Position numbers and translations under genes: made by a program
Source of the DNA: an uncultured Bacilli bacterium
GTDB taxonomy: Bacteria > Bacillota_I > Bacilli_A > RF39 > UBA660
DNA: 33,781 nucleotides
NCBI GenBank assembly: GCA_934162555.1
Contig: CAKPJE010000002.1
Location: forward strand, 1-33,781
Reading direction: 5' to 3'
Part shown: positions 1 to 8,326 of the stretch, in pieces
How the letters are laid out: each line of letters begins with the position of its first letter
How positions within the stretch are numbered: the first letter of the stretch is position 1
Notes under the pieces: model-generated
The model's database searches: none
What the model was told of the DNA's origin: nothing
What the model saw: only the letters and a program-made list of their open reading frames with translations

Positions 1-537
1 CCCAAAACATATGAACAAGCAATTGGTTTCTTAAGAGTAAACGGTGAAAACATTTTAGATAGCACTTCAATCCATCCAGAAAGTTATTCTGTAGTATTAC
101 AACTATTAAATAAACTAAACATAAAATTAGAAGACATAGGAACAAAAGAAGTTGTAGAAAAATTAGAAAATATAAAAATAGAAGAATTGGACCTAAAAAC
201 CGATAAATTTACTTTAGAAGACATCATAAAAGCTTTAAAAATGCCTAAAAGAGATCCAAGAGATGAAATGAAAAAACCAATTTTAAAACACAATATACTA
301 GAAATAAAAGATTTAAAAATAGGCGATAGCATTGAAGGAACAGTAAGAAATGTAACCCCATTTGGAGCATTCGTTGATATAGGACTACATGACGATGGCT
401 TAATCCATATATCAAAAATGTCAAACAAATACATAAAAGATCCAAACGACATATTAAAAGTAGGGGATATTATAGAAGTATATGTAGATAATATAGATTT
501 AAATAAAAAAAGAGTTAATTTGTCATTAATAAAATGA
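1..537 (+). CDS. tex: Tex-like transcription accessory protein, C-terminal part (5' end outside window)
   Basis: Frame 1 is open from base 1 (PKTYEQAIGFLRVNGENILDSTSIHPESY...). It ends in a typical S1 RNA-binding domain (GDSIEGTVRNVTPFGAFVDIGLHDDGLIHISKM...VGDIIEVYVDNIDLNKKRVNLSL), the C-terminal layout of Tex proteins. Confidence 0.8.
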   Translation, partial: PKTYEQAIGFLRVNGENILDSTSIHPESYSVVLQLLNKLNIKLEDIGTKEVVEKLENIKIEELDLKTDKFTLEDIIKALKMPKRDPRDEMKKPILKHNILEIKDLKIGDSIEGTVRNVTPFGAFVDIGLHDDGLIHISKMSNKYIKDPNDILKVGDIIEVYVDNIDLNKKRVNLSLIK

Positions 538-1154
538 AATACGAAATAGAGAATACCTTATATAATGTAATAATAAAAAGAAAAAACAACAAAAATACAT
601 ATATAAGAGTAGATGAAAATAAAAACATTATAGTTACAACAAACTATCTTGTAACAACAAACAAAATAAAACAAATATTAGATAACAACATTAACTTTTT
701 AAAAAAAAATCTAGCCAAAGAAAAAAAAGAAGGATTTTACCTAATGGGTAAAAAATATGATATAATAATAGATGAAAAAATAAAAAATATCGAAATAGAT
801 GAAATTACAATAAAAGTAAATGATGAAAAAAAATTAAATAATTGGTATAAAAAAGAAATATCAAGAATATTTAAAGAACATTTAGATTTTTATTACAATA
901 AATTTGAAGAAAACATCCCATATCCAACATTAAAAATAAGAGCCATGAAAACAAGATGGGGAGTATGTAATCGTAAAATAAAATCAGTTACACTAAATCT
1001 AAATCTTGTCAAATATGATAGTACATGCTTAGATTATGTCATAGTTCATGAACTATCACATTTTGTTCACTTTAACCATTCAAAAGCATTTTGGAATATC
1101 GTAGAAAAATATTATCCCAATTATAAAGAAATTGAAAAAAAACTAAAAAACTGA
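534..1154 (+). CDS. DUF45/YgjP-type (M48-like) metal-dependent hydrolase
   Basis: 206-aa ORF whose ATG overlaps the tex stop (ATGA). C-terminal signature WGVCNRKIKSVTLNLNLVKYDSTCLDYVIVHELSHFVHFNHSKAFWNIVEKYYPNYKE contains the HExxH zinc motif, and the surrounding pattern is typical of this family. Confidence 0.8.
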   Translation: MKYEIENTLYNVIIKRKNNKNTYIRVDENKNIIVTTNYLVTTNKIKQILDNNINFLKKNLAKEKKEGFYLMGKKYDIIIDEKIKNIEIDEITIKVNDEKKLNNWYKKEISRIFKEHLDFYYNKFEENIPYPTLKIRAMKTRWGVCNRKIKSVTLNLNLVKYDSTCLDYVIVHELSHFVHFNHSKAFWNIVEKYYPNYKEIEKKLKN

Positions 1155-1199
1155 CAAAATATTTATTAATTTTAAATTATAATATAATTGGTGAAAAAA

Positions 1200-1367
1200 A
1201 TGAAAGTTAAAGTATTTGATGAAGAAAATGAAAGTGATTTAGAAAATAAAATAAACAGTTTTATTGAAAATGTCGATGAAATATATGATATAAAATATAA
1301 CGTAGCAGTAGGTATAAGTGGTGAAGATCAAATTTATTGCTTTTCAGCTTTAATAATGTATGAATGA
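1200..1367 (+). CDS. Small sporulation protein Cse60-like (55 aa), not in the supplied ORF track
   Basis: Hand translation gives MKVKVFDEENESDLENKINSFIENVDEIYDIKYNVAVGISGEDQIYCFSALIMYE. The pattern VKxFDEExExDLExxINxF...IYCFSAL..Y matches my memory of the Cse60 (DUF2758) family. GGTGA lies upstream of the ATG. Confidence 0.5.
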   Translation: MKVKVFDEENESDLENKINSFIENVDEIYDIKYNVAVGISGEDQIYCFSALIMYE

Positions 1368-1375
1368 GGTAAAAT

Positions 1376-3013
1376 ATGAAAAAAACAAATTTTATGAGTG
1401 GCGCTATAATAGCAACCCTCGGAATCATTGCATGTAAAATACTAGGTTTAGTATATGTAATACCATTCTATTCAATAATTGGAACAATGGGAAGAAGTTT
1501 ATATAGCTATGCCTATAGTATTTATTCAATGTTTGTAAACGTAAGTACAAGTGGAGTACCACTTGCTATATCAAAATCAGTAAGTGAATATGATACACTT
1601 GGTAATTATGAAGCCAAAGAAAGAATCTACAAACTAGGAAAAATAATAATGACAGTTATAGGATTTATATGTTTCCTATTAATGATAATATTTGCCGAAA
1701 GCTTAGCAAAATATATAATGGGTGATGCAACTGGAGGTAATAGTATAGAAGATATTGCCTATGTTATAAGGGTTGTGTCAACAGCTTTACTATTCGTGCC
1801 TTTCTTAAGTGTTGCACGAGGTTATGTTCAAGGATCAAAATATATCCAAATAAGTAGTGTAGCAAATATTATAGAACAATTAGTTAGAGTATTAGTAGTT
1901 GTTTTGGGAAGTTACTTAACAATCAAAGTATTTAATTTGGGTGTTACAAATGGTGTAGCAGTAAGTGTGTTTGGAGCAACAGTTGGTGCCATTGCAGCAA
2001 GTGTATATATACTTATAAAAATAAATAAAAATAAAAGTAAATTTAAAACAAAATCTGAAAATAGTGTTAAAGTATCTGATAAGGAATTAATTAAAAAAAT
2101 AATTGCTTATGCTGTACCATTTATTATAATAGCAATCATGAAATCTGCCTATAGTTTAGTTGATACATTCACAATTGTAAAAGGTTTAACTAAGGTGGGG
2201 TTTGATACAATCACAGCTGAAACAGCATCAAGTGTAATTGTTACATGGGGAAATAAATTTAATACTATAATTGCATCAATTTGTTTAGGTGTAGCAGTAA
2301 GTCTAATACCATCAATAAGTAGTAGTATGGTAGTAAATGATATGAAAAGTGTTAATGATAAAGTAAATCAAGCCTTTCAAATGATTATTTATTTAACACT
2401 TCCTATGGCAATTGGTATTTCCTTTCTATCAAAACCAATATGGACAGTTTTTTATGGTGTTGATGCTATAAAACTTGGAAGTGCAATGTTATCAGTTACG
2501 ATATTTACATCAATTAGTTATTCAATGTATTCAATATTGTTAGATGCAAACCAAACTATGAATAATACTCGTTTAACGTTTATAATACTTGGAGCAAGTG
2601 TATTATTAAAAATGATATTAAATACACCATTAATGTATTTGTTTGATTTAATTAATATTAAAGCATATTATGCACCAGCATTTGCAGATATATTTATTCA
2701 ATTACTAATATTTTTAATTGTTTTAATTTATTTTAGAAAAAAATATAAGTTTGCTTATAAAAAAACATTTGTTAATTCTATAAAGACAATTATATGTTCT
2801 CTAGTAATGTTAGTATGTTTATTTGGTGTTAAACTAGTAATAAATCAATATTTAATAGGTGGTAGAATGATTAGCATGATAAGCCTAATTATTTATGCAA
2901 TTATTGGTATGATTATTTACTTTGCTTTATCTTATAAAATTGGTTTAATAAATTCTATATTTGGTAAAGAATTTATAAATAGATTTTTAAAAAAATTACA
3001 TTTAAAAAAATAA
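1376..3013 (+). CDS. MOP-superfamily flippase (polysaccharide biosynthesis protein; SpoVB/YtgP/MurJ-like)
   Basis: 545-aa ORF that is hydrophobic along its whole length (about 14 helices), with GAGGT upstream. Size and topology are typical of SpoVB/MurJ-like lipid-linked oligosaccharide flippases. Confidence 0.75.
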   Translation: MKKTNFMSGAIIATLGIIACKILGLVYVIPFYSIIGTMGRSLYSYAYSIYSMFVNVSTSGVPLAISKSVSEYDTLGNYEAKERIYKLGKIIMTVIGFICFLLMIIFAESLAKYIMGDATGGNSIEDIAYVIRVVSTALLFVPFLSVARGYVQGSKYIQISSVANIIEQLVRVLVVVLGSYLTIKVFNLGVTNGVAVSVFGATVGAIAASVYILIKINKNKSKFKTKSENSVKVSDKELIKKIIAYAVPFIIIAIMKSAYSLVDTFTIVKGLTKVGFDTITAETASSVIVTWGNKFNTIIASICLGVAVSLIPSISSSMVVNDMKSVNDKVNQAFQMIIYLTLPMAIGISFLSKPIWTVFYGVDAIKLGSAMLSVTIFTSISYSMYSILLDANQTMNNTRLTFIILGASVLLKMILNTPLMYLFDLINIKAYYAPAFADIFIQLLIFLIVLIYFRKKYKFAYKKTFVNSIKTIICSLVMLVCLFGVKLVINQYLIGGRMISMISLIIYAIIGMIIYFALSYKIGLINSIFGKEFINRFLKKLHLKK

Positions 3014-3022
3014 TTATTAACT

Positions 3023-3050
3023 CATTTCAAATTTGAAATGGGTTTTATTT
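3023..3050 (+). terminator. Candidate intrinsic terminator after the flippase gene
   Basis: Perfect 18-nt palindrome CATTTCAAATTTGAAATG (3023-3040; 7-bp stem, 4-nt loop) followed by GGTTTTATTT. Confidence 0.45.
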
Positions 3051-3055
3051 AAGTC

Positions 3056-3084
3056 TTGTATTTTTGTCTTTAATATTGTAAGAT
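3056..3084 (+). promoter_or_regulatory. Candidate sigma-A promoter of LRR gene 1 (TTGTAT-17-TAAGAT)
   Basis: TTGTAT at 3056-3061, 17-nt spacer, TAAGAT at 3079-3084. The leader to the GAGG RBS (3097-3100) would be short. The element is duplicated at 5202-5230. Confidence 0.35.
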
Positions 3085-3106
3085 ATATATAGAATAGAGG
3101 TAGGTT

Positions 3107-5176
3107 ATGAATAAATGGAAGTTATTTGTGCTTTTAGGTCTAATACTATTAATAATAGGGGTAATGGGTTTATTTTTTAGACAAGATGAAGTAGTAGAAA
3201 ATATAGAGAGTATAGAATTTAAACTTGATAATTCTAATAGGAAACAAACCAATTTTATACTTATAGATAAAGATGCAGGAAAATTTAATGTAGTTATAGA
3301 TACAACGGGGTTAAACTTTGATATGGATTGTACAATTACAGTTGACTCATCTAATAAAAATTTAAAGTTTTATACTGATAAAAACTATTCTAATGAACTT
3401 TCAAAATATAATTATATTCAAAATAATGAGAAAAAAACAATAACAATATACTACCATGGGAATAATATAACAGATGAACAAGTAAGTATAAGTGTTGAAA
3501 ATGAGGTTAAGCATAAAAAGATTCAAACAGAAATAGAGAGTATAGAATTTGAACTTGATGATGACGATAAGATACAAACAAAGTCTATGGTTATAGATAA
3601 AAATAGGGGTAAATTTAATGTTGTTATTAAAAGAACGGATTTAACCTTTGATACAGATTGTACAATTACAATTGATTCATCTGATAAAAATTTAAAGTTT
3701 TATACTGATAAAAACTACAAGAGTAAACTTTCAGAATATAATTTTACTCAAAATAATGATGAACAAACAATAACAATATACTATCGAGGAGATAATAAAA
3801 CAAGTAATGTTCAAGTAAATATAAATGTTGAAAATAAAAATAAAAACGAAATTATAAGAGATGCTAAAATGATGGAGCAAAAAGAAAATTTTGCCTTTTG
3901 GACTAAAGAATATAGAAAAAATATAAAACATATAATTTTTGAAAAGGGTATTAGTAATGTACCTAAAGATTGTACTGAAAAAAATAAATGTTTTGATATT
4001 AGTTCAAGAGCATCAAAGAATAAAGTATATGCCTATATAATTGATAATGATTTGCACATAGCAAGTGAGTATGAAATTCATGCTCCATCCAATAGTTCAT
4101 ATATGTTTAAAGATTTTGAAAAAGTAGAAAGTATTGATTTTTCTAACTTTAATACAATGGATGTAAAAAATATGAAGGGAATGTTTGAAAATTGTTCATC
4201 CTTAATAAGCTTGGATTTGAAAAGTTTTGATACCTCAAACGTAACTAATATGGGTAGTATGTTTAGTTGGTGTTGGCAATTAACGAGTATAGATTTAAGT
4301 AACTTTAATACCTCAAAAGTAACAAGAATGTATATGATGTTTTTTAAGTGTTCATCATTAACAAACCTAGATTTAAGCAGTTTTAATACATCAAATGTAA
4401 CAGATATGGGTGTTATGTTTTTTGACTGCAGATCTTTGACGAGCTTGAATTTGAACAGTTTTAACACCTCAAACGTAACTGACATGAGCTACATGTTTGA
4501 GAGTTGCGAAAAACTATTAAATTTAAACTTAAGTAGTTTTGATACAACGAACGTAACAACTATGTACTGCATGTTTATTCGGTGTTCATCTTTAACAAAC
4601 CTAGATTTAAGTAGTTTTAATACATCAAAAGTAACAAATATGGATGGTATGTTTAGGGATTGTTCATCTCTAACAAGTTTGAATATCAGTAATTTTAATA
4701 CCTCAAATGTAACAAATATGGATGGCATGTTTGATGATTGTTCATCTTTAACAACCTTAAATTTAAGTAGTTTTGATACAACAAATGTAATAGATATGGG
4801 AGCAATGTTTGCTGGCTGCTCATCCTTAACAAGTTTGGATTTAAGTAATTTTGATACATCAAATGTAACAGATATGGGATACATGTTTTATAACTGTGAA
4901 AATCTAATCAATTTAAAGATAAATTTTGATGCTTCGAAAGTAACAGATATGCGTAGTATGTTTTCTGGATGTGAAAGAATAATTACTCAAATTAACATAA
5001 CAAATGATAGTAACCTAGAATATAATGGTATATTTGAAAATACTGCCACTTATGAAGGATCAAGTATAATATTAGGCTATACTGATGAAACATATGAAAC
5101 AGTAATTAAAATGAAAGGAAACAATGAAAGAATAATACTCAAAAAAATAGAGACTGTTGAAAAAACAAATTATTAA
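3107..5176 (+). CDS. BspA-family / DUF285-type leucine-rich-repeat surface protein, paralogue 1
   Basis: 689 aa. The N-terminus is a hydrophobic signal/anchor (LFVLLGLILLIIGVMGLFF). Two copies of a roughly 100-aa module follow (IESIEF.LD...GKFNVVI...DCTIT.DS..KNLKFYTDKNY...TITIYY). The C-terminal half has 11 repeats of 26 aa (consensus LDLSNFNTSNVTxMxxMFxxCSSLTS), the repeat known from Pfam DUF285 proteins. Confidence 0.9.
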   Translation: MNKWKLFVLLGLILLIIGVMGLFFRQDEVVENIESIEFKLDNSNRKQTNFILIDKDAGKFNVVIDTTGLNFDMDCTITVDSSNKNLKFYTDKNYSNELSKYNYIQNNEKKTITIYYHGNNITDEQVSISVENEVKHKKIQTEIESIEFELDDDDKIQTKSMVIDKNRGKFNVVIKRTDLTFDTDCTITIDSSDKNLKFYTDKNYKSKLSEYNFTQNNDEQTITIYYRGDNKTSNVQVNINVENKNKNEIIRDAKMMEQKENFAFWTKEYRKNIKHIIFEKGISNVPKDCTEKNKCFDISSRASKNKVYAYIIDNDLHIASEYEIHAPSNSSYMFKDFEKVESIDFSNFNTMDVKNMKGMFENCSSLISLDLKSFDTSNVTNMGSMFSWCWQLTSIDLSNFNTSKVTRMYMMFFKCSSLTNLDLSSFNTSNVTDMGVMFFDCRSLTSLNLNSFNTSNVTDMSYMFESCEKLLNLNLSSFDTTNVTTMYCMFIRCSSLTNLDLSSFNTSKVTNMDGMFRDCSSLTSLNISNFNTSNVTNMDGMFDDCSSLTTLNLSSFDTTNVIDMGAMFAGCSSLTSLDLSNFDTSNVTDMGYMFYNCENLINLKINFDASKVTDMRSMFSGCERIITQINITNDSNLEYNGIFENTATYEGSSIILGYTDETYETVIKMKGNNERIILKKIETVEKTNY
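4130..4984 (+). repeat. Coding array of 11 x 78-bp (26-codon) DUF285-type LRR units
   Basis: The motif TACCTCAAA recurs at 4231 and 4309 (78-bp period). Protein repeats run from SIDFSNFNTMDVKNMKGMFENCSSLI to NLKINFDASKVTDMRSMFSGCERII. Confidence 0.9.
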
Positions 5177-5196
5177 TTTATCAACAGCCTCTTTTT
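5150..5196 (+). terminator. Candidate terminator overlapping the 3' end of LRR gene 1
   Basis: GAGACTGTTGA (5150-5160) pairs with TCAACAGCCTC (5181-5191) with one mismatch and a 20-nt loop, followed by TTTTT (5192-5196). Confidence 0.5.
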
Positions 5197-5201
5197 AAGT
5201 C

Positions 5202-5230
5202 TTGTATTTTTGCCTTTAATATTGTAAGAT
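5202..5230 (+). promoter_or_regulatory. Candidate sigma-A promoter of LRR gene 2 (duplicate of 3056-3084)
   Basis: TTGTAT at 5202-5207, 17 nt, TAAGAT at 5225-5230. One spacer base differs from copy 1. Confidence 0.35.
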
Positions 5231-5252
5231 ATATATAGAATAGAGGTAGGTT

Positions 5253-7280
5253 ATGAATAAATGGAAGTTATTTGTGCTTTTAGGTCTAATACTATTAATA
5301 ATAGGGGTAATGGGTTTATTTTTTAGACAAGATGAAGTAGTAGAAAATATAGAGAGTATAGAATTTAAACTTGATAATTCTAATAGGAAACAAACCAATT
5401 TTATACTTATAGATAAAGATGCAGGAAAATTTAATGTAGTTATAGATACAACGGGGTTAAACTTTGATATGGATTGTACAATTACAGTTGACTCATCTAA
5501 TAAAAATTTAAAGTTTTATACTGATAAAAACTATTCTAATGAACTTTCAAAATATAATTATATTCAAAATAATGAGAAAAAAACAATAACAATATACTAC
5601 CATGGGAATAATATAACAGATGAACAAGTAAGTATAAATGTCGAAAATGAAGTTAAGCATAAAAATGAGATTCAAATAGAAATAGAGAGTATAGAGTTTG
5701 AACTTGATGATTCTGATAGAAGACAAACAAAGTCTATAGTTATAGATAGAGATATAGGTGAATTTAATGTTGTTATAGATACAACAGGATTGAACTTCGA
5801 TATGGATTGTACAATTACAATTGATTCACCTGATTATAAATTAGAGTTTTATACTGATGAAAACTATAAGAATGAATTTTCAGGATATAATTATATTCAA
5901 AATAATGAGAAAAAAACAATAACAATATACTACATATATAGATACTACTATAGTGATGATAATAAACTAAATAATATTCAAGTAGATATAAATGTTGAAA
6001 ATAAAAATAAAAACGAAATTATAAGAGATGCTAAAATGATGGAGCAAAAAGAAAATTTTGCCTTTTGGACTAAAGAATATAGAAAAAATATAAAACATAT
6101 AATTTTTGAAAAGGGTATAAGTAATATACCTAAAGATTGTACTGAAAAAAATAAATGTTTTGATATTAGTTCAAGTGCGTCAAAAAATAAAGTATATGCC
6201 TATATAATCAATAATGATTTGCACATAGCAAGTGAGTATGAAATCTATGCCCCATCTAATAGTTCATATATGTTTAAAGATTTTGAAAAAGTAGAAAGTA
6301 TTGATTTTTCTAACTTTAATACAATGGATGTAACATCTATGAGTGCTATGTTTCAAAGTTGTTCATCTTTAACAAACTTAGATTTAAGTAATTTCAATAC
6401 TTCAAAAGTAACAGATATGGGTGCAATGTTTAAAGATTGTTCATCATTAATAAGCTTAGACTTAAGTAATTTTGACACATCAAATGTTATATATTTTGGA
6501 TATAATTTACCATTTAGAGCAGGAATGCATGGTATGTTTTCTGGGTGCTTATCATTAAAAAGTTTAAATGTAAGTAGTTTTAATACCGCGAATGCAGTTA
6601 ATATGCAAGGCATGTTTTCTGATTGTTCATCCCTTACGAGTTTAAACTTGAGTAGTTTTGATACTTTAAAAGTAACAGCTATAGATTTTATGTTCGCAGA
6701 TTGTTCATCTTTAACAAAATTAGACTTAAGTAATTTTAATACTTCAAAAGTAACAACTATGTACGGCGTGTTTAGTAATTGTTCATCATTGACAAGTTTA
6801 AATGTAAGTAATTTTAACACCTCAAAAGTAACACATATGTATATGATGTTTTTTGGTTGTTCATCTTTAACAAGTTTAGATTTAAGTAGTTTTGATACGT
6901 CAAATGCACACAATATGTCATATATGTTTTCTAATTGCTCTTCATTAACCAGCTTGGATTTAAGTAATTTTAATACTTCAAAAGTAATAGATATGGAAAA
7001 CATGTTTCAAAATTGTGAAAACCTAACCAATTTAAAAATAAACTTCGATACCTCAAAAGTAGAAGTATCAGATATGAAAGGTATGTTTTCTGGATGTAAA
7101 AAAATAATTACTCAAATTAATATAATAAATTATGCTTATTGGGCTGATGATAGTGCATTCAAAAATGCTGCTATTTATGAAGGATCAAGTATAATATTAG
7201 GCTATACTGATGAAACATATGAAACAGTAATTAAAATGAAAGGTAACAATGAAAGAATAATACTCAAAAAAATAAACTAG
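5253..7280 (+). CDS. BspA-family / DUF285-type leucine-rich-repeat surface protein, paralogue 2
   Basis: 675 aa. The first 128 residues are identical to paralogue 1 and the architecture is the same. There are 10 LRR units, one of which has a roughly 10-aa insertion (IYFGYNLPFRAGMH). The C-terminal YEGSSIILGYTDETYETVIKMKGNNERIILKKI is shared with paralogue 1. Confidence 0.9.
   Translation: MNKWKLFVLLGLILLIIGVMGLFFRQDEVVENIESIEFKLDNSNRKQTNFILIDKDAGKFNVVIDTTGLNFDMDCTITVDSSNKNLKFYTDKNYSNELSKYNYIQNNEKKTITIYYHGNNITDEQVSINVENEVKHKNEIQIEIESIEFELDDSDRRQTKSIVIDRDIGEFNVVIDTTGLNFDMDCTITIDSPDYKLEFYTDENYKNEFSGYNYIQNNEKKTITIYYIYRYYYSDDNKLNNIQVDINVENKNKNEIIRDAKMMEQKENFAFWTKEYRKNIKHIIFEKGISNIPKDCTEKNKCFDISSSASKNKVYAYIINNDLHIASEYEIYAPSNSSYMFKDFEKVESIDFSNFNTMDVTSMSAMFQSCSSLTNLDLSNFNTSKVTDMGAMFKDCSSLISLDLSNFDTSNVIYFGYNLPFRAGMHGMFSGCLSLKSLNVSSFNTANAVNMQGMFSDCSSLTSLNLSSFDTLKVTAIDFMFADCSSLTKLDLSNFNTSKVTTMYGVFSNCSSLTSLNVSNFNTSKVTHMYMMFFGCSSLTSLDLSSFDTSNAHNMSYMFSNCSSLTSLDLSNFNTSKVIDMENMFQNCENLTNLKINFDTSKVEVSDMKGMFSGCKKIITQINIINYAYWADDSAFKNAAIYEGSSIILGYTDETYETVIKMKGNNERIILKKIN
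6297..7110 (+). repeat. Coding array of 10 DUF285-type LRR units (78-bp period)
   Basis: Protein repeats run from SIDFSNFNTMDVTSMSAMFQSCSSLT to NLKINFDTSKVEVSDMKGMFSGCKKII. Confidence 0.9.
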
Positions 7281-8326
7281 TTTTTACTAGTTTTTATTTT
7301 ACCCAAAACAAACATAATCAAAACATAAACAAGAAACAAAACACCAATATATGGATATATATTATACATAAATTCATTAAAAATAGTTAAAGATCTAAAA
7401 CAAGAAAAAGAAATAATTAATACTAATACACCAATAATAACATAATTAAATTTAAATTTTAACTTTTCCTTAACAACAAACGTACTAAAACTCATTAAAG
7501 TAAACAAACCAAAAATCCACTGAATAAACAAAATATTTTCAATTCTAGTTAAAAAATTAAGAAAATTAATCCTTCGCAAAACAATATATTCAGGATATTG
7601 ATATAGCTTAGCTAAGTCTATCCCAAGAGAACCAATCGTAAAAATAATCATTGTAAGAGATAAGACAAGATAAATAAAATAAGAAATAAAAGTACTCCTA
7701 TTCTTAAAATTAATAACCTTATTCTTAGGAATCAATAGAAGCAAAAATAAAGAACAAACATTAATAAAAAATATTCTAACAGCGCCTAATATAGGCTTAT
7801 TTAAACCATACTCTAAAAAAGGAAGTAAATTATCAAACTTGAATTCCGTTAATAAGCCAAAAGCAGAAACAAAAAACAAAAAGAAATTAATAAATAAAAA
7901 TATAGTTGCAGTCTTTGCAAGAACCGAAAGATCCTTTGAACCAACATAAATAATAAGTAAACAAAAAATTAAACCAATAAAAATAGGGTGGGTTTCCGAA
8001 AGAAACTGTGAAACAATAAAATTAGTTAAATTAAAAAACTGAACAGAAGAAACAAGCAAAGCAAATAAAACAACTAACAAATTAGGAATAAAAGGATATT
8101 TAAATAATTTTTTATTCTTCTCAAAAATATTCAAATCAGGCTCATAATTAAACAAAAAATTAAAAACAAAAATAAATAAACAAGAAAATATTGAACTAAT
8201 AATAATACTTAAATAAGAATCAACACCAGCTTCCTTGATAACAACATAAATACCCTCACCATAAGTTGTTGTAAATAACAAAATAATCATTAAACTAATC
8301 AAATTAAAATTACTTATTTTTTTCAT
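7277..8326 (-). CDS. Spore germination receptor B subunit (GerAB/GerKB-type permease-like membrane protein)
   Basis: 349-aa polytopic membrane protein (about 10 helices). It is the last gene of a three-gene unit with GerA- and GerC-type proteins and overlaps the upstream gene by 17 nt. Confidence 0.75.
   Translation of the reverse strand: MKKISNFNLISLMIILLFTTTYGEGIYVVIKEAGVDSYLSIIISSIFSCLFIFVFNFLFNYEPDLNIFEKNKKLFKYPFIPNLLVVLFALLVSSVQFFNLTNFIVSQFLSETHPIFIGLIFCLLIIYVGSKDLSVLAKTATIFLFINFFLFFVSAFGLLTEFKFDNLLPFLEYGLNKPILGAVRIFFINVCSLFLLLLIPKNKVINFKNRSTFISYFIYLVLSLTMIIFTIGSLGIDLAKLYQYPEYIVLRRINFLNFLTRIENILFIQWIFGLFTLMSFSTFVVKEKLKFKFNYVIIGVLVLIISFSCFRSLTIFNEFMYNIYPYIGVLFLVYVLIMFVLGKIKTSKN

Larger units (their letters stand above)
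3048..7280 (+). repeat. Head-to-tail tandem duplication (units 3048-5193 and 5194-7280), each unit holding promoter, RBS and an LRR surface-protein gene
   Basis: 3048-3491 equals 5194-5637 at an offset of 2146 bp, with a single mismatch (3067 T versus 5213 C). Two further near-identical blocks are about 3811-4166 versus 5978-6333 and 5051-5149 versus 7176-7274. Confidence 0.95.

Noticed and set aside
84-452. Minus-strand ORFs (122 and 66 aa) antisense to the tex 3' end. Similar cases are 9089-9454 and 9516-9701 within the ger genes, 16846-17070, 20289-20609, 21624-21920, 22376-22642, 28898-29092, 30698-30949, 31724-31966 and 32613-32909.
   Set aside because: All lie inside better-supported genes on the other strand or frame, and they lack start-site signals.
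534-537. Possibility of genetic code 4 (UGA read as Trp), given the Mollicutes-like composition and repeat proteins.
   Set aside because: Several conserved genes end at TGA at the expected length (tex, radC, second plsC, mreC). Trp in tuf, fusA and glyA is encoded by TGG, and all conserved genes are intact under code 11.
4078-4884. Long minus-strand ORFs (135 and 131 aa; also 216 aa at 6353-7003) antisense to the LRR arrays.
   Set aside because: They are themselves 26-aa periodic mirror images of the sense repeats and have no RBS. They exist only because the regular codon pattern avoids antisense stops. The plus-strand genes have RBS, signal sequence and paralogue support.
4130-4984. Regular 78-bp periodicity could superficially resemble a CRISPR array.
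   Set aside because: There is no alternation of an invariant repeat with unique spacers. The whole region is one open reading frame encoding degenerate 26-aa LRR units, and no cas genes are present.
3048-7280. Diversity-generating retroelement, invertible promoter or shufflon as the source of variation in the tandem surface genes.
   Set aside because: The window has no reverse transcriptase, no template-repeat/variable-repeat pair with adenine-specific differences, no recombinase or invertase gene, and no inverted repeats flanking the promoters. Homologous recombination or gene conversion is sufficient to explain the pattern.
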